In this document: in pieces, positions 12,781 through 25,821 of the stretch
Position numbering within the stretch: position 1 is the stretch's first letter
Layout: every line of letters starts with the position of its first letter
Assembly (NCBI GenBank): GCA_964016885.1
Contig: OZ024743.1
Location: 262,942,001 to 263,006,000, forward strand
Direction: 5' to 3'
Length of the DNA: 64,000 nucleotides
DNA from: Eledone cirrhosa
Taxonomy: Eukaryota
The notes under the pieces: model-generated
Databases searched by the model: none
What the model was told of the DNA's origin: nothing
The model's input: the letters and a program-made list of their open reading frames with translations, nothing else
Program-made: the position numbers and the translations under genes

Positions 12781-14419
12781 CAATTGGGTTTGTTCCAGGG
12801 AAAGGCACCACTGATGCGCTCTTCCTTGTGAGGCAATTACAGGAAAAGTACCTAGCTAAAAGTAAGCCACTCTACTTGGCATTTGTCGACCTTGAGAAAG
12901 CCTTTGACAGAGTTCCACGTGCAGTAATCTGGTGGGCTCTTAGAAAACTAGGAGTAGATGAATGGCTTGTGAAAGCGGTACAAGCCATGTATAGGGGAGC
13001 AGTCAGCAAAGTTAGGATTGGCAATGAGTATAGCGAGGAATTTAGCGTACAGGTTGGGGTCCACCAGGGCTCTGTTCTTAGCCCTCTCCTGTTCATCATA
13101 GTCCTGCAGGCAATAACGGAGGAGTTTAAGACCGGATGCCCATGGGAACTCCTGTATGCTGATGACCTCGCACTCATAGCTGAATCTATGGTAGAACTAG
13201 AGAATAAATTCCAAACCTGGAAGCAGGGACTAGAGAGAAAGGGCCTCAAAGTCAACATGACAAAGACTAAGGTCCTTATAAGTAGACGAGAAAACAGAAC
13301 CCAGATCCCCTCAGGGAAATGGCCTTGCTCAGTATGTAGGAAAGGTGTAGGTAGGAACTCCATCCTTTGCCCCAAATGCAAACAATGGGTACACAAGAGA
13401 TGTAGCGGGATCTCAGGAAGCTTAATTAAGAATGTAGGATTCACATGCAGCAGCTGTGCTGAAACAGCAAGCAAACAGCCACAGGAAACAAGTACCACCA
13501 ATCTCTGGGAGGGCCCTGTAGAAACAGTAGACAGCTTCTGCTACCTAGGTGACCGAATTAGCAACGGAGGTGGGTGCTCAGAAAGTACAATAACTAGGGT
13601 AAGAACGGGATGGAAGAAGTTTAGGGAACTACTACCACTGCTAGCTGCAAAAGGCTTCTCCCTCAGAATGAAAGGCAGACTGTATGATGCGTGTATCCGA
13701 ACAGCGATGTTGCATGGTAGTGAGACCTGGGCGCTGAAGGTGGAAGACTTACGTAGATTAGAGAGAAACGAAGCCTGCATGCTCCGATGGATGTGTAACA
13801 GTAATATACGTGAACGACAAAGCATAAATGAATTGAGAGAGAGACTGAGCATAAGAGGAATCAAATGCTGCGTGCAGGAGAGGCGGTTACGCTGGTATGG
13901 ACATGTGATGCGTATGAAGGATGACAGCTGCATAAAAAGGTGCAGAGCACTAGAAGTTGATGGAAACCGCGGAGTGGGGAGACCCAAGATGACTTGGGAT
14001 GAGGTGATAAAAGCCGACCTTACCCAACTACACCTCTCAAAGTCAATGACACACGACCGTGACTTCTGGCGTCACGCAGTAATACAGGGTACCCGACCTC
14101 CCATGGGTACATGCTGAAGCATATAAACAATATGCCCCCCCCCCCCACCGCAAGGTGGTCGTGGAGGTGCCACGGCAAAAAAGCACCCAGCCCACACTGT
14201 AAAGTGGACGTGTAGGCGCCACGAAAAAGCACCCAGCACTCACTGTAAATGAGGTTGGTGTTAGGAAGGGCATCCAGCTGTAGAAATCAAGCCAGATCAG
14301 TTCCTGTATGAGCAAGGCATGGTCAGCCGACCAGACACTGCCCACAACAGGACAACCCGTCTAACCCATGCTAGCGTGGAAGAACGGACGTAAAACGGTG
14401 ATGATGATGATGATGATGA
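12781..14419 (+). mobile_element. 5'-truncated, young RTE-clade LINE: uninterrupted RT ORF to 14117, 3' UTR, (GAT)n tail
   Basis: RT motifs FVDLEKAFDRV, GVHQGSVLSPLLF, LYADD, FCYLG, and C-terminal RRLRWYGHV and RGVGRPKMTW. The endonuclease domain is missing, so the ORF-track start at 12735 is flanking DNA. Confidence 0.96.
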
Positions 14420-15342
14420 ATCTTTTTACATCTCAAATTCTCTTATCCACTTCAGTGCATCTGCATCTGCTAAAGATTGAACCCCCCTCCCATATAATAT
14501 TAGAAACTAGAAACTGCTTAACTCTTAACATCATGTACTACATCAAACCACATTAACAAAACATTTTTCAAAAATACAAAATAGTACTATAACTATACTG
14601 CATTAAAATTCACTTTAGTTTATTGCAAATTTTCACAATGATTTGTCTTCTAGTGAAGATACTGTCAAAATTTGAATTAACAAATCCATTTAAAAATATT
14701 TTCTGCTAAATCATTACAGAATGTTAAGAGGTAAACTATTAGAATTTAGTTGTTTGTTGCTTTATTAGTGTTGGATTTTGAACTGTTCACTACTTAGACT
14801 TTTACTTATTTAAATAGTTGAGTTTTCTTTTAGTTCTAGCAAATGTGTACAGATTTAGAATTACAAAACAGAAATCAGTAAAAGAAAATTATTGGAAAAT
14901 GCTAGAATATTAGAATTTAAAATATTGACCATTTTACTTTTTAAATACTATTTTAAATTTGAAAATATCTTTTCCAAATAAAACAATTTAACATTAGCGA
15001 ATCTCTATGATTTGTTCAGAGACTGTATTGTATATGTGTGACAAAAAACTGATACCTAATAGTATTTATATATACTATGACAAAAAGCACCCAGCCTTCA
15101 CTCTAAAGTGGTTGTGTAGGTGTCACAACAAAAATCACCCAGCCCATGCTATAAAGTGGTTGTGTAGGTGTCACAACAAAATCACCCAGCCCAAGCTGTA
15201 AAGTGGTTGTGTAAGTGTCACAACAAAAAGCACCTAGTCTACATTGTAAAGAGGTCATGTAGGTATCATGACAAAAAGCAACCAGCACACACTGTAAATG
15301 TGGTTGGTGTTAGAAAGGGCATCCAGCTGTAGAAACCATATA

Positions 15343-16882
15343 AACCTTTGACAGAGTCCCCCGCTCCATTATCTGGTGGACTCTTAGAAAACTAGGTGTT
15401 GATGAATGGCTTGTGAGAGCTATACAAGCCATCTATAAAGAAACAGTCAGCAAGGTTAGAATTAACAACGAATATAGTGAAGAATTTAGCGTAAAAGTTG
15501 TTCATCAGGGCTCTGTCTTTAGCACCCTCCTATTTATTATTGCCCTTCAAGCTATAACAGGAGTTCAAGACCGGCTGCCCATGGGAACTTCTATATGCAG
15601 ATGATCTAACGCTCATAGCTGAATCGATGGCTGAACTAGAGAAGAAATTCCAAACAGAAGCATGGCCTAGAATCAAAAGACCTTAAAGTTAACTTGTTTA
15701 AGACTAAAGTTCTAGTATGTAGGAAGGAAAATAGGGCACTGGTCCCCTCTGGGAAATGGCCATGCTCATTGTGTAGGAAAGGAGTAGGCAGAAACTCCAT
15801 TTTATGTCCCAAATGCAAAGTATGGGTGCATAAACGATGTAGTGGGATCACAGGTAAGCTAACTAAGAACATAGATTTTATATCTGGCCGGTGCTCAGGT
15901 GCAATAAGTAGCAAGTGCCCACAGGATACTAGCTCCTTCCATTGCCCAGATGGTTCTATAGAAATAGTGGACACCTTCCGTTACCTGGGTGACAAAATCA
16001 GCAGAGGTGGAGGGTGCTCTGAAAGTACAGTAGCCAGAGTCAGAACGGGATGGAAAAAGTTCACAGAGCTTATACCACTATTGGCCGCTAAAGTTTCTCT
16101 CTAAAAATGAAAGGCAGACTGTATGATGCCTGCATACGAACAGCAATGTTACATGGCAGTGAGACATGGGCATTGTGTGCAGAGGATCTGCGCAGACTGT
16201 AGAGGAACAAAGCTTGCATGCTCTGCTGGATGTGTAATAGTAGTATACGTCAACGGCAAAGCATAAATGAACTAAGTGAGAAATTAGGAATAAGAGGGAT
16301 CAGATGCTGTTTACTCGAGAGAAGACTACGTTGGTATGGTCACGTGATGCGCATGAAAGACGACAGCAGAAAAACCTGGGACGATTTGATAAATTCCGAC
16401 CTTACACACTTACACCTCTCTAAGACAATGTCACTGGACCGAGATTTTTGGTGCTACGCAGTAATACAGAAGACCCGCCTTGCCTATGTACAAAGCGAAA
16501 CCTACAGTCAGTAGGCACATCTTAACCAAAAATACACCCCCATCCCATTACCCCTACTCCCACCCCCATCAACACCACTCCTTTCTCTGTAAAGTTATGT
16601 TGGTACCACAACATCCAGTCCTAAATAAATGAGGTCGTGTAGGTGTCACGACAAAAAAACATGCAATCCATGCTGTAATGTGGCCGTGTAGGTAACACGG
16701 TAAAAACCTCCCAGTCCACACTGTAAACGTGGTTGGTGTTAGGAAGGGCATCCAGCCGTAGAAAACCTGCCAGTCAGTCCTATATGAGCAACACAACCAA
16801 TCTTGCTTCAAGTGGGACAATTCCCGTCTAAACCCATGCTAGCATGGAAGATAGACGTTAAACGATGATGATGATGATGATG
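15343..16882 (+). mobile_element. Degraded RTE LINE copy (related subfamily), preceded by a 3'-UTR repeat fragment at about 15075-15340
   Basis: Frameshifted RT motifs, the Cys/His finger, and a (GAT)n tail. Confidence 0.92.
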
Positions 16883-16920
16883 GTGGTAGAAAAGAATATA
16901 TATATATAACCCCCCCCCCC

Positions 16921-16977
<57 letters not shown>

Positions 16978-17016
16978 CACTCACACATGTATATATATAT
17001 ATATATACACTCACAC

Positions 17017-17072
<56 letters not shown>

Positions 17073-17945
17073 ATGTATATATATGATGAATACTATTACG
17101 ATTTAAAACAAAAGTGAATATAGTGCTGTGTGTGTGTGTTTAAAATGGCTATCTTGATTCTGCCTCGAAACAATTGTTTCAGTTTACAGATACAACCTTA
17201 GAAGAAGTTATTTAAGAAGCAAGTGCAAGGCTGCAATTCTATAATGAAATGTAGAGGTGCATTTCCCCAAAATTATAATAGATATAATTGTAGCCATCTA
17301 TTATAAACTGTATTTAATTGTATATGAACTCTCTAACCTTGATACAGCACATCTCAGGATAAGAATCTGCTGCCTGCAAAATGGTTTTCGTTTGTTGTTT
17401 TTATATTTATATTAGTAATTATTACCAGCAATTGAGAACAAGTTGGAATAGAAAGAGAGTGAGAGAGAGAGGGTGTAACTAAAAGGCAATAATTTGGACA
17501 AATCATTTCCCTAACTAGAGCACAAAATTGATGTCGTTTTTGTGTATTTGGTAGTAATAATAATGATCATATTCCATACATAAAACATATACTTATACAT
17601 AATATTGATCGTTTTGATATATAACTAACTAACATGTACACAGGAACCAAACTACCACTGTCATCACCTCCATCTCTCCTGCTCTCCTCATCTCTCATAA
17701 TAATGATTGTGAATGGAAGGAGAGAGAGAAACCATTTAATTTACTTATCCTAAAGTCTGCCCTAGTTATTACTGATCTTCACCTTACTGCATTTAGTCAT
17801 AAAATAGAACAAACGTCTCTCATGTATTCACATGTAGCTACATGTGTGTGGTGTGTGTATACACACACACATACATATATACTTGAAGCAATTTAAGAAA
17901 GTATGATATAGACACACTTACAGACATACTTAGATGCATATATAT

Positions 17946-17987
<42 letters not shown>

Positions 17988-17989
17988 AG

Positions 17990-18022
<33 letters not shown>

Positions 18023-19305
18023 TTTAAGTCCGCTTTTCCCTGCTTGCAAGGGTGGGACGGGAACTGATTCTGGCTTGATTTCTACAGCTGGATGCCCTTC
18101 CTAACACCAACCTCATTTACAGTGAGTGCTGGGTGCTTTTTTTCCGTGGCGCCTACACATCCACTTTACAGTGGAATGATAGGGACCCCCAATCCCTATC
18201 ATCTCATTTCTACAGCTGAGTAAACTGGAGCAATGTGAAATAAAGTGTCTTGCTCAAGGAAACAACACATCACCTATATATATATAGTTATGCATTCACA
18301 CACATGTTTAAATAAATGTTGATCTAAGAAATCGTTAAGAGGTTTATTTGTTGAATAAAATTCTGAATAGTGTTTGTTATAATCAATATTATCTCCTGAT
18401 GTCGTGTCCATTCAGCTATAAGAGACGAGAGTCACTAGGAATTCAATATTACTTTTAACAAAAAAAAAAAAGAAATAATTAACAATAGACCAAAAGCAAG
18501 TTGAAAATATATTTAATTTAAAAAAAAATGATTAATGGCAACAAATTATCTCCTGGTGTCATGTCTATCCAGCTATGTGAAAAGTGGGTCAATAAACATT
18601 CAGTAGAGTTACGTACCTTTACGGTCTGCACCGAGGTTAACTTTGCCTTTCATCCTTACGGGGTTGATAAAATAAAGTACAAGTAATGCACTGGGATATT
18701 TGCTTGTCTTGTGCTAAAAGTAGAACCAATTATTCAAAAATAAAATCAACAAACAAAAACTTCCAGTAACTATAGACCAAAACAAATTGAAAATACACTC
18801 CAATATATATATATATATATTTAAAAAAAAAACTCATCTGCTATAATAGATTCATGTTTATGTTGTTGCTCTTTTTCTTTTAATTTTTTTTTTCATTTTT
18901 TGTATTTGTAAATTTTAGTGTTTTCTATTCTATTTTCAATAATTAACTGCATGTGTAGCAAAATCATCTTTTCAATGCATAGAACTTGAAACAATATTCT
19001 TTTAATTTTATTTTGTATTCTATCAGCAGATTGATATATATGTATTTTTCGTTATTTTTTGTTGTGGTTTATATTATTACTATTACTGTTGTTAAATCAT
19101 TATAAAGAAATGTTGTCCTAATATTGCCAAAAGATTGTAAAACACACTTTGGTTTTTACTTCAGTATATCTATATAAATAATTTAGCTGGCAATCATTGA
19201 TTAGCCAACAGTTAAAAATATAAATATAAGTTGTCAAAGTTCTTTCATCACACATTTCTGTGACCTCTTCAGTGATTATCGCTGTTTCCTCCCATTGTTT
19301 CTACA

Positions 19306-19855
19306 ACATAGCATAGGAGAGAGGATAGATGAACACTGGAGTGAACTAAAAGGACAAAAAGACAATTCAATACTATATGAACACACCAGACTAAAACATG
19401 ATGGTAAAATAGACAAAAGAGAAGTTAAAATAATATCTAAGCATAGAAATGACTCGACACTTAGACAAGCTAGGGAGGCTACAGAAATAGAATTAAGAAA
19501 ACCTAGGCTGATCAGAAAACATGAGTGGAATAGCAACAACCATACACAAACACACTAGTGGCCAAAGATAGAATATAAATATACACAGTTGCAGTAACAA
19601 CACACACACACAAACACACTAGTGACCAAAGATAGATTATAAACACATAAACACATGCAGACTCAGACACGAGCACACACCAAACAGAATACACACACAG
19701 AAATGCATGCGCAAACAGTGACAATAAAAAAAAAGTGAGTGTGTTTTACTATTTTTTTGGCAATATTAGGACATGACCTTCTCCAAATATAACAATATCT
19801 GTTTCAACACATGGTTTCATATAAAAAAAACCTTGTAAAACAAATACATTGCTGT
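19306..19855 (+). mobile_element. Penelope-like element 3' fragment (GIY-YIG C-terminus and tail)
   Basis: SIGERIDEHWSELKG...EATEIELRKPRL matches 55590-55820. The tail at 19758-19850 matches 56290-56390. Confidence 0.85.
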
Positions 19856-19869
19856 ATAAAGAAATTATC

Positions 19870-19900
19870 ATCAGTAATAGTAATAGTAGTAGCAACAGCT

Positions 19901-19931
<31 letters not shown>

Positions 19932-20052
19932 CAGCAGCAGCAGCAACAGCTGAAGTAGTAGTAGCAGCAGCAGCAGCAGCAACAGCTGAAGTAGTAGTAG
20001 TAGCAGCAGCAACAACAACAACAACAACAACAGCAGCTGTAGTAGTAGTAGT
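19870..20052. repeat. (GTA)n/(GCA)n/(ACA)n compound microsatellite
   Basis: Direct inspection. It explains the poly-V/A/L/T ORFs in the track. Confidence 0.95.
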
Positions 20053-22399
20053 GACAATAAGGTTGTGATGTGGCAAAAACTGAATGCTGGATTAGATGAC
20101 ATATAGTTATGCCCCTTTAGTCTCTACCACTTGGTGTGTGTATAGTTATTTCCCTTTAGATAGTGATTTCAAATCAGGTCGGGGCTGATTTTACTATAAT
20201 ACTGCATGGCCATATATAGTATAGTGTAAGACGTGCTATATAGTATAGTATTGAACATTGTGCTATATAGTATAATGTGGTTCACAATACTATATAGTAT
20301 AGTGTGTGACACTGTACTTATATAGCATGTTATTGTACTAAATACTTTATGGTATATCATTGAATTAAATACTCTGTAGGATAGTGTCTGACGTGATATT
20401 ACATAGTATAGTGTTTGATTAAATACTATATGGTATAGTGTTGGACACAATATTATGTTGTATAGTATCGGATACAATACATATATAGTATGGTGTCAGA
20501 CTACATACTATATAGTAAAGTGTCAGTTTACAGAATCTGGTAAACTGAGATAATTGAAGAGACTCTTCTGCTTGACGACATAATCCCTTAGTATTTTTTC
20601 CATAGTTATTTCCCTTTGAAAGTAAAGGTTACTTTCATTTTGTGTTCAAAGCAAATCAATAGTCGATGTATGCTGGTACTAAGTTGTGAATATGTGTTTA
20701 ATGGATAGATGTTCGATTTTTGAGCATTTCCACCTTGAAATATTTGGCCTGTATCAGTAACAATTATTAAAGGGGTTTAAACCTGCAATGGACTGATGTC
20801 CTGTTCAGGGAGTATGCTTGTACTCTCATTTGCTTAACACCAAGGAAACATAGGAGCAGGACATGGTCCAACAACCCACCTACAAGTATGGTAACTTGGA
20901 ATATGAACCAATTCAGACCACGACAGTTTGTCCAACCCATGCCCAACAGACGTAAAATAATAATTGTTTCTACTTTAGGCACAAGGCCAGCAATTACCCA
21001 GTGCATTACTGGTACTCTATTTTATCGACCCCGTAAGGATGAAAGGCAAAGTCAACCTCGGCGGGATTTGAACTCAGATCGTAAAGGGACGTAACTATGC
21101 TGGAAAGCATGGCGTCCGACCCTCTACCAATACTGCCAATCCACCGAATAATAATGATGAATGTGTGTGTGTGTTACAGTACACCGCCGCCATTATGATT
21201 TTATCAGTTATATTGGCAATTTATTTAATGCTTCTTCACACAGTAGGGTCTATTGAGGGAGATGGAGAGTGGATTCAATAATGTGTGTATGTGTAGGTTT
21301 CACTGGTTTAATAATTGGCTAATTTTGTTCAAACAAATACATCTGTTTCAACACTGATTAAATTTCACATCAATTACCATGCCAAACACATGAAAGAAAT
21401 GTATGTATATATGGCAGGTGGCTGTTGACCGCTACTGGTAACGTGTAACCCAGTGCAACTTGTATGGTTTGCATGGTTGGGTCATTGGCAACTAAATCAG
21501 CATTCTCACTAAATTTGCTTGAAAATCACCCTGGTGGTTGGTGATTTCTTTTTCTCAATTCTTTTTTGGGCACCCTGTGGGATGACAGACATACATACAT
21601 ACATTTTTGTGTGTGTTTGTCAAAGGACATCGAAACTCATGAGAGTCAATGGCCATTCAAATGTGTATATACACTTCATTTCATCATTTTTCATTTCATT
21701 TTACGTCTGCTTTTTCCCTGCTTGCAAGGGTGGGACGGTAACTGATTCTGGCTTGATTTCTACAGCTGGATACCCTTCCTAACACCAACCTCATTTACAG
21801 TGAGTGCTGGGTGCTTTTTTGCCGTGGCGCCTACACGACCACTTTGCAGTGGAATGATAGGGAACCCAGTCCCTATCATCTCATTTCTACAGCTGAGTAA
21901 ACTGGAGCAATGTGAAATAAAGTGTCTTGCTCAAGGAAACAACACATCACCCGGTCTGAGAATTGAACTCACAACCTTTCGATTGCAAGGCCAATGCTCT
22001 AACTATTAAGCCATGTGCCTTGTACACTTGTACATAAATATTTCTCTCTCTCCCTCTCTCTCTCTATTTACATGTCTTTATAAATGTACATGAAAAGATG
22101 ATGCTCATACTTGAAAACTGCAGTGTTTGTGTTCTCTAGTCATACTGCTTTGTTTTTGTTTGTTGTTACCTTAATGGCTTCAAACATTTACATCACACAA
22201 GCATTTGTCACTATAAAATGTAATTTCCAGCAACTTGTTTGTGCTCATATTTTTTCTCTCTCCCTACCCAATGCAGTTTTGGGGTAGAGAAAGGGGGTGG
22301 CAGGGTTTTCAGAGGTGAGCTGGGAGATGAGGCTTAAATGTTGTAACACCACTCAGTTTGGGTGTAGGGTGGAGGGGGGCTAAGTGAGTTAGCCACCCT

Positions 22400-23272
22400 G
22401 CTTCTGCTGCATACATTCCATTTGCGTGGGAAGATGAGTTCTTTGTATTACGTTATGTCACCAGTTTCCTTTGTCTTGGATTACCCCCTTTGTGAGGTTT
22501 AGCTGCACGAAGTCAGCCTTCACCACATCATCCCATCTTTTTCTAGGTCTTCCCCTTCCAAGGGTTCCTTTTACTTTAAGCGCCCTGCATTTATCCATGC
22601 AGCTGTCATTCTTCATACAAATCACATAGCCATACCATTATAGTCTCCTCTCCTACATACTGCACCTGATGCTTCTTATGCCCAGTTTTTCTCTCAGCTC
22701 ATTGATACTTCATTACACATGTATACTACTATTAACATCCATCAGAGCATGCTCACCTCATTTCTTTCCAATCTTCCTAAGTCCTCCGCACACAAAGCTC
22801 AAGTCTCACTACCATGTAGCATTGCCGTTCACACGCAAGCAACATAGTCTCCCATTCACTCTGAGGGAGTGATGCCTTGTAGCTAGCAGTGGTCATAGCT
22901 CCCTGAACTTTTTCCAACCAGTCCTTACTCTGGCTGCTGTACTTTCAGACCCCCTCCTATTTCTGCTAATTTAGTTCCCTAAGTAGCAGATACTGTTGAC
23001 TATTTCTAGGGAGCACTCTGAACATTTAATAAGGCTCGTTTCCTGTGTGCACTTGTTGCATACACCTCCTGTGCATTGGCTACATACACAGCCTACATTC
23101 TTTGCTAGTCTGTCTGCAATCCCACTAAATCTTTTGTGTACCCTGAGCCTACATTTTATACATAAGATGGAATTTCTGCCTACTCCTTTCCTGCATACTG
23201 AGCAAGACCATTTCCCTGAAGGAATCAATACTTTTCTTTTTTACTTATTAGGGATTTTGGTCTTTGCTAATT
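22400..23272 (-). mobile_element. Degraded RTE LINE 3' portion, antisense
   Basis: SGKWSCSVCRKGVGRNSILC...CYLG on the minus strand, with stops and frameshifts. Confidence 0.9.
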
Positions 23273-24159
23273 GATATTGCAATAACTTTTTCAGTGACTT
23301 TCATAACCAGGTCCATCAATTTAATGCCTCTGTAGATAGACATACACACACATGTGTATGTGTAATACTGAAGTATTTAAACAATATATTAGAAATTCAT
23401 ATGTACCAGAATAAAGTTTTTTTTTAATGATGTGTTGTATAATCATTTCTTTCATTATATAGAGAACTGCTCAAACTAACAGCATTTTTTTCTAATCTAT
23501 GATAACTGTGCATCTTCATCTTATAACTAAAAATTGTGTTAATAATTTTTAATATTTATTCTAAATGATTTGTTCACCTGTCTGTGTTATATATGTTATG
23601 AAATAATTGATTTCAGAATTAATTGCTAAACAATTTTTTTTTCTCATAAAATGAAATGTTCTAATAATCTTGAATCAGTTTATTTTTGTTATTGATTTTA
23701 TAAATTAATTAAATAAATTCTATTTACAACAAAAGAAAATATCTGAAAATATTATACTGATTCTTCTCTATTCAGTTTAACGGTTTTATTTTTGTTTGTT
23801 TATAACTACAAGTAATTAGATGTTAATTAAGATTACATCATTTATAAAGAAATTCCCTTTAAAATTTGAAATATTGAAGAATGTTGTACTCAACTCTTTA
23901 TCACATCAAAATTCGCAGAGTATAATAACAGTATTAGAGTAGCAGAAACACATTTCTGAACTAAGCATATTTTTATGGTTTTATCTGGTCAAAGGTGACC
24001 ATACCTGGTTGTAAATATCAGAAATATTTATACTGAGGAGCCAGGGGTTGCCAGCCCAATTTCATGAAAAGTAGAGCAAAATCTTCAAAATGTAATGGAT
24101 TTAGTTGAAAAATATCCCCACACACAATTTTGCTAGTAAATGTGTGTGCGTGTGTGTTC

Positions 24160-25790
24160 TTCTGGTTTTATAATTTCACAAAGTTTTACCAATAGAGAGA
24201 GAGTCGGTTTCTAACATAGACACAAGACTCTCTCATTTGAATTTACACAACATCAACTAGGTAGATATGTATGTATGCATGTGTGGATATGGATGTTATT
24301 GTGTGTATGTGTATGTTTTGAGTTGTACGTGTGCATGTGTATATGCTTTGTATCTGTACATGTGTATATGCAGTTATTAGATGCAAAATTTTTGGAATGT
24401 TTTACATATTTTTACTGTTCCATTAATGGATTGTACTTGTAGTTTCCTAACTAGTTGTGTTCTTTCTGTTCCTGTGAAGCCTAGCTTCTCAAGATTTGTA
24501 TTGAGGCAGTTACTAACATATCCCAGTGCCCCAATAATCACAGGCATAAATCTGAAGGTGTAATCAGGGTGGAGTATCTGCAGATTTCTCATCAGTTCTG
24601 CATAAATATTCTCTTTTTCACTAATCTTTGATATTATATTGGCATCTGCTGGGCAGCTAATTTCCACTACTGTGCATGTTTTCTTCTCCCTGTCCCATAT
24701 CATAATACCTGGTCTGTTATACCTGCATTTTATTGGGGGGTTTTTACTAGAAGATTCCACCAGTACTTTTTCATATTATGTACATGGATGTCTTCCACAT
24801 TGTTGTAGCTTTTAATGTGTTTATTATTGGGGCTATCTTTTTTACGAACTGCATTGTACAGTGTTTTGGCCACTACATCATGCCTCATAGGTAGATAGTA
24901 CCGCGATGACATCTTTGGACAGCTGCTGATGACATGGGTGATATCCTCGATGTTAGTTCTGCAGAGTCTGCACTTGTTATCACATCTAGGTGTTTTGCCT
25001 GCATCCCGATCTCTTTTGTGAATCAGGTATTTCGTGCTAATCTCCTGTTCTTGGATTGCAAAAGCGTATCCTTCAAAGTGGGAGCCAATATAGCGGTTGT
25101 TGGTCCAAGATAGACTACTTTCCTTATCTATACTACTCTCACTCTGGAGCTTCCTGGCAACATCCATGCATGATTTTTTGCTGATAGGCATGCAGTTTTT
25201 CATCCATGGATTCACTGCGATACTGCTGAGCGACATCCCTGGGTGTGAGTTTTTGATTATCACACAGGGAATATCTCTCAAGGAGTTCCTTCCCAACTCT
25301 CATGATCTTATCTGTTTCATGCAGATAGAGTTGCTCGAGAAACGGGCTCCTACGCTTCGAGGTTCGTAGATGCGACATTGAAATGTTGTCTGGACTGATG
25401 TTAGGCCTCTGCCTCCCTGCTTACGTTTCAAGTAAAGGCGGTCTATGTTGATGTGGAAGTTTCCGGTGTTGTTCAGTATTTTTCGAGTTCCAACATCAAC
25501 TGCTCGGATTTCGTCTATCGTCCAATTGAGTATTCCAAACGTTGGTGTTAGGACAGGCACAGCAAACACATTGTGAGCCACTGTTTTGTTTTGCGCAGAG
25601 CGTTCCGATGACCAGATCTTTCTTAATCGGGTGTAGTATTCCCTGGTTATGCGTTCTTTATTACAGATACCATTATAGGATATGTTCTCATCTATCCCCA
25701 ATATCTGTAGCAGTCCTCATCAGATATCGGTGAAACAGTTAGACCATTGATGACAATGTTGCTAAATTGGGTTGTTGTTTTTCCCTGCTG
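24160..25790 (-). mobile_element. 5'-truncated R4/Dong-like non-LTR retrotransposon (RT C-terminus, CCHC knuckle, RLE endonuclease), frameshifted
   Basis: RLYLKRKQGGRGL, CRLC....EDITHVISSC, RHDVVAK, and RP(G/D)IMIWD...VVEISCP. Flanked by TA/TG microsatellites. The 3' boundary is approximate. Confidence 0.88.

Positions 25791-25821
<31 letters not shown>

Noticed and set aside
12735-14117. 460-aa ORF as an intact autonomous RT gene or a prokaryote-type RT system (retron, DGR, group II intron)
   Set aside because: It is a 5'-truncated RTE LINE ORF2 with no endonuclease and no genuine start. It has a 3' UTR, a (GAT)n tail and multiple decayed relatives in an intronic eukaryotic context.
19749-20102. 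Poly-Leu/Val/Ala/Thr ORFs
   Set aside because: Trinucleotide microsatellite.
25066-25074. GTATCCTTC U12-like donor
   Set aside because: Lies in the antisense strand of the R4-like coding region, with no exon-like sequence upstream.
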